Made by a program: the position numbers and the translations under genes | Assembly (NCBI GenBank): GCA_001662655.1 | Contig: KV460209.1 | DNA length: 64,000 bases | Reading direction: 5' to 3' (one strand) | DNA from: Pseudogymnoascus verrucosus | Taxonomy: Eukaryota | Shown: piece by piece, positions 10,711 to 21,928 of the stretch | Position numbering within the stretch: position 1 is the stretch's first letter | Layout: every line of letters begins with the position of its first letter | Notes under the pieces: model-generated | What the model was told of the DNA's origin: nothing | The model's database searches: none | What the model saw: the letters and a program-made list of their open reading frames with translations, nothing else

Positions 10711-13700
10711 CTTCTCATGCGTCTCGATTGTCGTGTGTGCGATGCGACCGTCTAGTTCTGGCGCCTTGTCCTCGTTTCGCGGGTTCGGTTCGTGCTATGT
10801 CGTCGCGACTGGAGATGAGCCAGACATAATCTCGGATGTGTAGTTAGGTGTCCTCCTTGCGGTCAGGTTGCTTCGAATAATTTATTGTGTTGCGATTAGG
10901 TCGCCTTGCTCTCTCGATTCGCTGAGTTGGTAAAATTGCCGATATCGATGGGGCTGGTGGTGGGGAATTCGGTGCGTTTGCGCAACAGGGACGGGCCGTT
11001 TCAGGGTATTAGTCCACGTACAGTTCGCAGGCGCAGTCGCATTCAATATTAATTCGATATAGATTTCAAAGTGAGTGACGGTTGATTTGTAGTCGGATGC
11101 GATTTAGAGAGAACGAGGAGTGAGTATGTTTGAGGAAAGGGAAATCTGTGTTTCGAGAGAGGTTTGCGAGTACAGCGAGGTAAGGGAGTTTAGTTGAGTT
11201 GAGTGTGAAGGGAAGGGGTGTGACGGGAAAAGGTCCCCCAGTCAGTCCAGTCCAGCCACGCGAAAGTACTTTTCAGGTACCTGAGTACCTTCGGACATCC
11301 AATAATAGAGCGGCCACTTTAACCCGGACACCAGTGAAAGTTAGTAGTATTTCGTAGTATTTAGTAGTATTTAGCAGTATTTGGTTGGTAGTTTTAGTAG
11401 TTGAGTTCACTAATATCGGGTCTGGGAGTACTTTGACTGGATGTACATTTTATGTGTCTATGTGTCGATGTGTCTGTGTGTGTGTCTATGGGTGTCTGCG
11501 AGAGATGAGTACAAGCACTATAGGCCGACGATATTCCCAGATCAACAACCCATAACCATGACTGCGGCCAAGGATATTAGAGTGTTCTATCGCTCTGCCG
11601 GGCAGAAGAGTGTCGCTGGGTGTTGATAGGTGTCGCTGGAGAGATTACCTCTTCTGGTTTTGTATTTCCCTTCTCAGCCGTTCTGAAGAAGCCGCCTGCT
11701 AATAGGTACATACAGAACGAGAAGGGTACATCTATCTCCCACCGCTCGAAATCGATACGAAGTGTGAGTGCGTGTTCAGAAGAACGAGGCCCGCCTGTGG
11801 AGCGAGACTATTTTACGGTACCGTGGCCCTCTGCTCTGGTCCTCTCTGCTCTGTTCCCTACTCTGGCCTTATGATCCTAAACTGTGGTTCTCTACTGTGG
11901 TTCCTGATCCTCTATGCAGAAACACTGCTCCATGCGTTGGTCATCCCATCAATGCACTGGAACGTGGTACCTCTGTGTGTGTTCTGTATGTTCTGTATGT
12001 TCGATGTGCTCTGTGTGCTCTACGTGCTCAGTCTGCGCTCTGTCCGCTCATCTTTTCCTTCTTCCGACTTTGACATGGAGGGGTTACTCTTGAGTAAGGT
12101 ACGGCTGCATCACACGTCCGCCACTATTCTTCTTTCCTCCAAGGTACATGTGCTCTTTACTGTACGTCGATGGTGCTAAAGAGTGCTAAGAGGTCAAATG
12201 TCTGATACCAACAGAGTACTATTGCCGTGGCGCATTATCTGCCGACTCTGTTTGTATCCTTTTTGTGCCTGTCTGGATTAGCTTGCATATCTCGTTCATG
12301 CTCACTCGCTGCAGGCCCCTCGCAGTACAGCAAACACAGGCGGTTGTGACAGGCTTTGCAGGAGCTTAAGTGTGCTGGCCCTGCGTTGGCTCAGTGCGTG
12401 CATTGCAACTCAACCTCCTCTTGAGATTATCAATTATCACGATACGATATAATACGATACGATATGATATGATACGAAGTGACAAGTGCTCTCGGGGCGA
12501 GAGCCACCTGCTGTCCAAGCGTCAGTGTCCGCATTGGCTTCTATTTGTGTCGACAGCATATTGGACTATATTGAAGTACTGGTGAACAATGTACATACTT
12601 CCCATCCTCAGCATCCGTACCACCGACGGTGTGGCTGACATGATAACAAGGCACACACCGTACAATTACAAGGCATCACGATCTGGGGCTGTCTCAATGA
12701 TGTCTGTGGCACTCAAGACAGAGTCCGCAACTTCCAAGGAATATTACTCGAGTACCTGGAACTCTTCCCCCCATCAGACGAAACTGACAGGCAACAGCCG
12801 CGAGTCCTTTGACCGCCGTTGTGCCCCATCCCATCCTCCTGACGAAACACCCACGACAAACCAAGTCACACGATTGGAATTTCAAGATACCTACCTGGGA
12901 CGGGCCCCTCTCAACGCCCCATCTGCCCTCGAAGCACCTGATCCATGGTTGCGGATGGGTTTCCCAATGGGCAACTCCTCCAACGGGAGCCCCTCATTCG
13001 GACCCTGTTCCGTTGGGCCACTCCGAGCGAGCCGTTGTGTCGGTCTGCTTGCCGTGTCATACTACTGCGAACCCAATATGTAGATCGTCCACAACGACCT
13101 CCAGAAATCGCCAAGCCATGTGCTCATCGTTGTGCAAACCTGCTGCTTGACGCCCCATCATTCGCTCGGGTTGCACTGCTACTGTGCATAGTCTGCCGTG
13201 GGGATTTAATGGGTCCTCCGGGGCACTAGAAACGGTTCGCGTCTCTCTCCTCCCTTCGGCACATCTCCAGCGGCCGGGATATGTGAGACCACATCAGCTC
13301 CTCTCTTATGATCGGCGTCATATCGCCGTCTACGAAAGGAGGAGCGGTGATGGGAATTCGTCCTCCTCTTCCCAGCCCCCAGCTCATCGCCACACGGCAC
13401 GTCCAGGATTCCCCACCGACTCTCCAATCCAACACCGATAGTGTGAGTAAACTGCACCGCCCCGTCGTCACCAGACATGGAGTAAGAGGCGGTAGGCATG
13501 CGCGTACTCCCCATCCCGCCCGCCACCAACTCCACAAGTCCAAGCGGCAATGGAGAGGGATCGTCAGTATGTGAACCTAGCCCTCCGGCTCTTAATTGCG
13601 GCCCAGCCACTCATGGAAGAAGAGGGTCATGTGCATATTAAACTTGTATGGGGGGAAGACTGAGACATTGCACCTGATGTCCCGGGTATGGGTGACGATT

Positions 13701-14346
13701 CTAGTTGGTGTGGCGGGCGATCCCATCGCTTTCCCGCAAACCTGTTCTGAAACAACGGAGAAATGCCAGATTTGTTCTCCGCGTGATTTCTGGAAGGAAG
13801 GAAGTCACGTGGATGGTTGTGGTGATTTAAAATTCACGTGACCGAGAAATGATTATAGCAATTTTAAGGTGCTGCGGTTTCTCCTTTTCGCTCTCTTTCT
13901 CTGTAACTAAAATAATCATTTTGAATATAAGTGATTAAAAGTCTATATTTCAATTACAATTGCTATAACTAGTGATGTTTTACACAGTTTTTATTCTAAC
14001 TTTGCAGCGGCACAGGTACAATGAACAGACTCTAGGAAGGAAGCTCTCTAACGGTCGAGGTACAGAATATCTCATAATCGTCTTAGCCCTGAAAGGAGAT
14101 CTAGGAGATCTAGGAGGAGATGGAGGCGAAGAAGTCCGTTAGTTACAGGATATCCTAAAAAAATGCATTACCATCGATGACCACGAGCAACCCCTTTTAC
14201 CACGATCACGCAAGGCGCTGTATTTTCAAGATACTCAAATCCTTCTTCTCACGATGCTCGGAGGCCCAACGCAGAAAGATGGGTATTCGCAGAAATTTTG
14301 GGCCACGAAAGCTAAGATCGAAGAGAAGAAGGCAGATGTTACGTAA

Positions 14347-14483
14347 CTCTTGCTGTCACTTAATTCTTGCTGTCACTTAATTCTTGCTGTCACTTAAAGC
14401 TTACTACTGCTTGAATTTTCCTGTTACTTAAATCTTCCTGTCGCATGAATCTTCGTGTCACTTGAGTCTTGCCGTCACTTAAA
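14347..14483. repeat. 17-bp minisatellite (TTCTTGCTGTCACTTAA), 3 near-perfect plus about 5 degenerate copies
   Basis: Read directly from the sequence. Confidence 0.8.
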
Positions 14484-15065
14484 ACCGCTACCCCGACCAC
14501 GAGGAGCCTCTGGGTATAGCAGGCGATGTAAACTATCTGCCTGGGCAGGCGACAAGTTGAGCAAACCGCCATTGCGGTCGTTGCTGGTGTGCGTGGCGCA
14601 CCCTCTGATTTATCGGATCTACCGATTATGTTAGCACGACGCCACGACTATGAGAGCATCCTTCGCACCGCTGCCTATTGAGCACCGCAAACGTCCCGTC
14701 ATTCTCCCTCTTCAGCTCTGTCTCGGCAATTTAGAATACGGCCTTACGGACGGTGAGTAGGCGCCATGCCTCTGGAAAGTCGATGATGATCTTGAACCAA
14801 CGCGCGAGCTCGTGCACATTCACGTAGCAATCTAACATTCCATCCGAGCGCTTGACGACTGCTTGACATTAGCCTGTGCCCACGCATCCCGTAATCCAAC
14901 GACTTGCAGAAGCCGTCAGCGGGCCTTTCCTCCACAAACCGATCCATGAAGAAATCCAGGGTGACAGGACAACCCTTAGCCCCACGCGGACCTACGCCAC
15001 CATTGGGGAACGACGCTGTCGCTCCCACTATCAGATATATCATGCGACGGAGAAAAAAACGAGAA

Positions 15066-15495
15066 GAGGGAGTTCGATTGCATTACGAGCAGTGTAATAG
15101 GGTTGAAACTTCCAGAGTCTCACACTACTATAATCACAATACTGGCAAGGTATTGTGCAAAGCTTGCGATCTATACCATTGCAATAACTACAAGGACTGA
15201 GATATGTCTAAGGAGATACGTCGCCAGGGCATGGTTGACGTGAAGCAAAAGTGGAAAGAGGGGGTCCTGATGAATTACGAATAGTGTAATATAGCGGAAT
15301 CCTTAGGATTTCTCATATCTTTAACGCTAAGAGCAACAAGTTGTTATGCATTGCGTGTAACAACTATTACTATAAGCATAGCTAGGATTAGGATCTAGCT
15401 AAAGAGGAACGCTGCTAAGCCCTAGCTAACGTTAAGAAAAAGTAGGTAGATAGGGTCCTGATTTACTACGACGAGTGTAGTAAAGCTAAGAATTA
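15066..15495 (+). pseudogene. RIP-damaged tandem GATA-like zinc-finger repeats (about 192-bp period)
   Basis: Units start at 15066, 15258 and 15449: (C>Y)EQC-x20-CKAC, (C>Y)E*C...LCIAC and (C>Y)DEC. Stops become denser toward the AT-rich block. Confidence 0.5.
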
Positions 15496-15852
15496 TAGAG
15501 TTAATTTATTCTATATATACTAGAACTACTCTAACGTAGTAACTTATTCTATAATAGCTATACTCTAAAAGCAAGCCTTAAATTTAGAGAAGGTTTTATT
15601 AGTATATTCTTTCTCAAATATTTATAAGTTATTAAATAGGTTTTAGGCTTATTCTGTTTTATTACTAGTAAGGTAGTATAAGCCTAGTAGGTCTATTATC
15701 TTATCTATACTTTAGAACCTATATATAGCAAAGAGATATTAAGGCTTAACCTAGTTATAGTTCCTTATATTAATACTCCCTATAAGATATCTATAGAGTA
15801 GTAGTCTTTATTAACTATAAGTTAGTTCTATATTAATATAAGGACATAGAGT

Positions 15853-16085
15853 ACTATATTATAAGAAGTAGTATATAGGAGTATAAGTTAGATAGGAGTT
15901 AGTATAATCCTATAGGTCTACTATAAAGGATATAAAAAAGATAAAGAGAGAACCTCTTAAATCTATTCCTACTAGTATTTAAAATAGGTCTAACTTAGTT
16001 AGCTAGCTACTAGCTCCTTTTATATAACTACCTTAGCTCTAAGCTTAATCCTAAGAATGTCTAGAGGATAAGGCATCCTTATATT
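15853..16085 (+). repeat. Solo-LTR-like repeat, copy 1
   Basis: ACTATATTATAAGAAGT...ATATAGGAGTATAAGTTAGATAG.AGTTAGTATAATCCTATAGGTCTACTATAAAGGATA is near-identical to 45472 onward. Both copies end near AGGCATCCTTATA. Confidence 0.7.
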
Positions 16086-16402
16086 AATAATAATAGAGTA
16101 GTTAAGAAATTAGAGAGTTATAGTATAATTATATATAGTAATAATTATAGTAATTACTAAGCTATTATATAAAAACTATCTAATTTATTTAATATTATAT
16201 AATCTAATATATATATATTATCACCTAATATTTAAACTTATAAAGTAACATGACTAGTTTCTTAGCTAACTAGTAGAGGACTGTCGTTGCTTAGCCTAAG
16301 ACCAGACTATGGTCTAGTCTAAAGATTTAGAACTAGACCGGACTATAGTGCAGTCTAGTTCTAGTCCCCTAGTGGTTTAGGTCCCCTATAGCGCACACTA
16401 AG

Positions 16403-16498
16403 TAAGGGTCATTATTAAGGGTAGTGGTGTAAGAACAGTAGAAATGATTAGATTTTAGTGTTTTGGTGCGTCACTCGTCGCTCGCGTGTGAAATACAT
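16403..16498 (+). mobile_element. Isolated right end of a pogo/Fot1-like element
   Basis: TAAGGGTCATTATT...TAGTGTTTTGGTG...GTGAAATACAT-TA resembles the right end of the 43464-45302 element. Confidence 0.6.
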
Positions 16499-17010
16499 TA
16501 TAATACTATATAGCATTCATTGAATTAGGCTTAGCTCAGCGCTGACACTCTATTAAGTACCCTTGCTTTGGTTATTCTGCTCAGGCCTCTCTAACGCCCT
16601 CGTAGATCCCTGACAAGGGATTTGGTTTCCGAAGGAGGGGTAAATCTCGAACTAGATACCCCGCATCTTCCCAATCCTAATCCCCATGGGGTAGACTAGT
16701 GCGAGATGGCTCGAGGGTTTTGTTAAGGTTACGTCTGTACGAACAAACATTATTCTAACCTGCACACTCTGATTAAATCGATCCCATTACTATTGACAAT
16801 TCCCTACATTGGTCAGACGTTTCTTGCCGCTTGCATCTCATCGGGGATGTTCTGTTGAATCGAACAAGACAGACAGTGTCGCTTGAAATAAACGTCCTAG
16901 CTCAACACCACCACCAGAAGCCCGGGCGCCGCAAGAAGGCCGCCCATGAGCCGCCCGCGAGCCACCGCTCTCAACAACCCCCCACACATCTTTCTCCACC
17001 GATTGCTGTA

Positions 17011-19888
17011 ATGGAGCAGCCATCACAGAAGCCCGAAACCAAGCGAAAGCACGTCACGACGGCCTGCGTTGCTTGCCGGGAGAGTAAGGTGAAGGTACAT
17101 TGCAATCCGAACACTACCCTCTTCAGCCAGGCGAATGCTCAGAACTGACACCCGCGCAAGTGTAATGGCGCAACGCCGACTTGCTCAAACTGTTTGAGCA
17201 AAGGTAAGGAATGTCGACAACAGGCCAAAGAAGACAAGCGCAAGTTAGTACTGCCTTCCTTGCTACATCTCCTAGCTAGATGTCCTGACCTCGTAGGCTC
17301 TCCCTTCGCGTCGCTATCGATCTACTTTCCAAAAGAGTCCAGCAGCTCACCCAGTTCGTCAGCGATCATGGATTGGATATCCCACCGATGCCGCTTGACG
17401 ATGACAAGACATTGTCCGGAATTCTGCGAACTCTTGGGCTACCTCAACCCATACCTGCCCAGACCAGGCCAGACGGTGAGAATGGCGCCATACAAGGATC
17501 TCCGACCACTCAGTGTCCAGACCAGAGGATTGAACCCCCAGGGGGCGCAGTTGCGCAAGGATTAAATATGCACGAGATGCCTTCTTCGGAACGCGCCGGG
17601 GAAAGTCCGCTCCCGGCAGCAGCGCGAGGCTTACTCGAGCTTGCGAACGCGGCCGGCGATATAGGCGGCATTATTAAGACCACAGCCAGCTGGGACTGGG
17701 ACATGGCGGCTGAAGCTATGTCACAAGGGCAAATGGTGCACCCAGACTACATCCCGGAAGATACGGCGCTGCAGGGCTTTTCCGGCAATGTCTCGACCCC
17801 CCAGCAGTCTGTCTCAGGCGGAGTGCCGAGCTGTCCTTCGCTAGAGGACGATGACATCAGCACCATCGAAAGCGTCGACGAGCTCGTAGACCAGCTGTCT
17901 GATCGAGTAGGAACGCTTCACATTAAAGCAGGCGGCCACATTCGCTTCTACGGATCGACATCAAACTTTAACCTCCTAGAGACGCCGGCTTCGGATGTCA
18001 ACATGAACGTCCATCGGACTATCCGGAATGATGGGACCGAGCTTTTAGATCGCCTTGGGGTCAACAAGAAGGTTCCGATCGATTTAGAAGACCATCTGAT
18101 AAATCTTTATTTTACGTGGCAGGACCCGTCGTTTCATGCCGTCGATCGCAAGATGTTCGATGAGGCGAAAGTCATATGGCGTGATAAAGGGGAAGATACG
18201 GCCTACTACTCGGAAGCTCTAAGGAATGCCATGTAAGCCAAAGATATATTCACTTTAGTAGTCGAGAGCTAAACTCGTATGGAAAGTTGCTGTCTAGGAG
18301 CAGCCTTCGACGCTCGACACCACCCGGCATTTGTCACATTCCCCAGATCCCTCGCCGATTTCTTCGCCGATAGGGCCAAGGCGCTTTTGGAAATAGAATT
18401 GGACATGCCCTGTGTCGCTACCATCCAGACCCTGATCCTCTTGAGCGCACACGACATAGGATGTGGCCGGGATTCCAAAGGATGGCTCTTTAGCGGTGCG
18501 TTGTTGGCTCGTCGATAATATGTTACTTACGCTTTAGCTGACTTCCCTTATGTTAGGTATGGCAATGCGGCTGTCATTCAACCTGGCGTTGAACCAGGAT
18601 CTCAAACCTTACATCGCGAAAGGCGTAGTAACCGCGGCCGAGGCTGATCTGCGCCGGATGGTCTTCTGGGCCGCCTTCGTAGTGGACCAGTAAGAGAACT
18701 TTTCCACACCTACAATTCAGGGCAGGATCACTGACTGCTTGGCACAGTGTCTGGAGTTTTTACCTAGGCCAGCCATTCCGAATGTCAATGAAAGGCGTTA
18801 CCCTCGAAAAGGCTGGGGCAAAGGCCTATCTGGGGTTACCTGGACAGTGGAGCCCATATGTGTCCCCGACTATGACGCAGACTTTTCCCCCTATGGTCGA
18901 TTGTGTAGAAGAAGTCTGTACATATCAGGTCCTACTATTTGAGGCTATGGCCCCTCTAAGCGATGCCTTGTAAGTTTGACGGCACCAGCAACTGTGGATG
19001 GATAGTTGCTAATCGCCTTGCCACTCTCTTTAGTTACGGCAGCGCGACAACCTCGAAGAGTGCTCTGCATGAACTCAATTCTCAGATCGTGACGAAGCTT
19101 CAAGACTGGAAGGAGAATCTTCCAGTCGAGCTACGCGTGGATCTTCACAATCACGAGACTACTTACTTGCCGCACGTCATCCTGCTTCAGTAGGCGGTCC
19201 CCCACTCCACTCATGATATGCTTTACCTCCCTAACACTCTCGATTTAGCATGCAATACTACCAAAGCGTCATCTACGCATACCGTCCCTGGATGTCAAAA
19301 AGTCAGGTCCAGCCACAGTGGGGTCCCGGCGCCGATCACGCGCGGAAAATGTGCATAGACTCCGCGAGCGCCATTGCACGCCTTCTGCACTTGTATGAAG
19401 AACGGTACACCTTCCGCAGGATCAACATCCAGGCCGTAGCAATTACCTTCTCTGCCGCGCTGCTGCTCGTCTTCGCCACTGTTATTCACCACCAGCGGGA
19501 AAGAGGAGACGAGATCTTGGCCGACCTGAGCGTGTGCTTCCGAGCGCTAGATGAGCTGGCCCCCTCATGGGACACGGCCAAGCGGGCTCGTGACTTCCTC
19601 ATCCGGTTACAGCGGCACTGGGAGCGACGGGCGAGGTCGAACAGTTTAGCCGCCGCGCGTGACGATGCCGGCTCCATGAGTTCGGGCTTTTCAGTCTCGA
19701 GGAAACGGCCACGGCCGTCCGTCCGACCCAACGATGAGCCGTCCGTCCGGCCCAACGATGAGAACAACTGGGCCGACAATGGCATGGCGGCGGCCAACTT
19801 TGGGATAGATATTGATTTCGACTGGATGCTTGCTACAAGTATGGAGGGGATGCCAGGGAACTGGGGAAATGTTTTTTCGGTGCAATAA
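17011..19888 (+). CDS. Zn(II)2Cys6 transcription factor with fungal-specific TF (middle homology) domain; multi-exon
   Basis: ACVACRESKVK/CNGATPTCSNCLSKGKEC binuclear cluster. Also HLINLYFTWQDP, GWLFSG/MAMRLSFNLALNQD and RRMVFWAAFVVD. Confidence 0.95.
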
Positions 19889-20160
19889 GGCCCTAGTATC
19901 CCCCTTTACCGGAGCCGGTGAGCACATGTGGTTCCCATCAATTGTTTTGTTCAGGCATTAATTGCATAGTGCATATTACGTATAATAACAGTTAGATAAT
20001 AGCAACCACCTAGTTGCCCCTAGACTACATACAACAGCAAGAGAGCTATAGTCTCCATTTAGGCCATGTAAATTTCCCCCAAATCAATATATATATATAT
20101 ATATTTCATAAATATCTCTTTCGAGACTCGTTAGACTCGCCTGTGTGCCGGCCATGTCCC

Positions 20161-21319
20161 CTACAATAATCTTCCAGCATGGATCCCTCCTGTGATGAGA
20201 ATATCATCCGATGTATGATACGCACTAGCATCAGACAGGAGGTAGACCACCGGAACCTTCAGGTCCGTTCGATCGCCGATCCGGCGCATGGGCGGCTCGT
20301 TTGTCATGATGTCCGCCAGCCAGGGGTAACGATCACACAGATCAATCGTCATGTCCGTCAGCATGTACCTGTTCACCCAACATTTCCTTTGTTAGCCCTC
20401 TGGAAAAAACGATACAGAAAGTAAAAAGTGCTAGAGTGATCAAGCGTGCTTACCCAGGAGAGATAGAGTTTACGCGGATCCCGAAGGCCGCCAGCTCGAC
20501 ACCCAGTGCTTTGGCTAGCGACAATACGGCGCCCTTACTCGCACAATAGTCGCTCGTCGTCTGTCCTTTGCTGGCAACGTGCGCAGCAATGGAGGCAATG
20601 AGGACTATCGAGCCTCCACGCGGGTTAAAGTCGGTGGGCTCCTGCTTGGCCATCTGGGCGGCAGCCAGCTGCGCGGCGTAGTAAGTGCCGAGCACGTTGA
20701 TGTTCATGCACCGTGCGACGGACTCGGGGGCGCGCTTCATGAAGGGCTCATCAGGGCAAATGCCGGCGGCGGTTATTCTGTTGGGTTGGTTAGTCCTGTG
20801 AGGAAAATGGTCTTCGGAGACGGGAACCACTGCGACAGGTGGACTTACAGGCCGTCGATACGCCCGAAATCCTTTACGATCTCGTCGAAGGTGACTTGAA
20901 GACCAGCGTGATTAGTCACGTCGCTCCTGCGCAAACGAACCCGCTAGTTAGCATTATATACACCATTTAATGATACGCTGGACGAGGTTTTCGAGCTATG
21001 CACATCATGTATGGGGTCGTTCATACAGATCACAGCCTTGCAGGGAAACTTACTTGTACAGCTTGACCTTAACACCAAATTCCGTCTCTAACTTCTGAAA
21101 ATGATGATGTGGCTCGTCAAGCAGGTCGATGATGGCGACATTGCCCCCAACCTCAGCCACGGCGAAGCCAAAGGCCAGGCCAAGGCCACGGCCGCCTCCA
21201 GTGATGACAATGGTGCGGCCCTTTAGGGAAATCAGGTCATACACCGAGCGCGATAGGAACTTATCCGGGTTTCGATCGAGACCATCCTTGGCTGTCGCAG
21301 GGTTCTGTTGGTCTGCCAT
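20161..21319 (-). CDS. Short-chain dehydrogenase/reductase, polyol/keto-sugar type (arabitol/sorbose/5-ketogluconate reductase-like); 4 exons
   Basis: TGGGRGLG, an acidic end to beta-2 (AIID, NAD-type), catalytic Ser in LIASIA, YCASK and IRVNSISPG/YMLTDMT. Confidence 0.9.
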
Positions 21320-21561
21320 TGCACAATAGCGACTTGGCTGGTGACGAGGTTGACGCGAGTTTGGAGTTGATAGATGGAGGGGTATGTTGTCACGTTTACC
21401 TTGTCTTGTACTCAGATGTAAGAGAGTTGCTGGCTGAAGAGGCTACTGAGATGACGGCGCGGCCAAGTAGATATCCTTACTGACCCATTGTCACTTATTG
21501 GAAATGGGTCGCGACAACGGGGTAAACTTCCGTGGCGCGTGCCTAGATTGGCGGACTGGGC

Positions 21562-21640
21562 GTTGTGATGCGGGGTGATCGGGTTATGGTTTTGGACGTC
21601 AGTGGGCCGGGGGTTGTGATGCGGGGTAATCGGATTATGG
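21562..21640. promoter_or_regulatory. Duplicated 28-bp element in the divergent SDR/transketolase promoter, each copy containing GCGGGG (fits the CreA SYGGRG consensus)
   Basis: GTTGTGATGCGGGGTGATCGGGTTATGG (21562-21589) and GTTGTGATGCGGGGTAATCGGATTATGG (21613-21640). Confidence 0.55.
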
Positions 21641-21646
21641 ATTCCG
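21631..21646. promoter_or_regulatory. CGG-N10-CCG candidate Zn2Cys6 site
   Basis: CGGATTATGGATTCCG, 15/16 identical to the site at 36886. Confidence 0.65.
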
Positions 21647-21788
21647 ACGTACTTTCGGCAGTTGACACGCAAGGGGCTCCAATACAAACCCACTGTAATT
21701 TAGCACTCGTCTTTATGAGTCTCGACAATTTCATGTGTAGGCGTGAATAAGGTGCAGACCGACTAATTTTCCGGGTGTGTAGAAGGGG

Positions 21789-21804
21789 CGGAATCTTGAA
21801 CCCG
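21789..21804. promoter_or_regulatory. CGG-N10-CCG candidate Zn2Cys6 site
   Basis: CGGAATCTTGAACCCG upstream of the transketolase. Confidence 0.55.
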
Positions 21805-21928
21805 TGAGTTAGGGTGGCAGTAGCTCGCGATTCAATAATCCGAATCCGTCCAATTCATATTGACTATATACCGCCTCTCCTGGAGAGTCTGGCAGATAAG
21901 GTATGTCGAACTATCAGCACAGCATTTA

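Larger units (their letters stand above)
15500..16560. mobile_element. AT-rich block of RIP-mutated transposon debris (left flank of the cluster)
   Basis: Extreme TpA enrichment and CpA/TpG depletion, no ORFs, and several fragments that recur elsewhere in the window. Confidence 0.85.

Noticed and set aside
10800..14300. Numerous short ORFs in the long intergenic region
   Set aside because: They overlap on both strands, show no motifs or splice-consistent gene model, and the region contains microsatellites typical of a long promoter.
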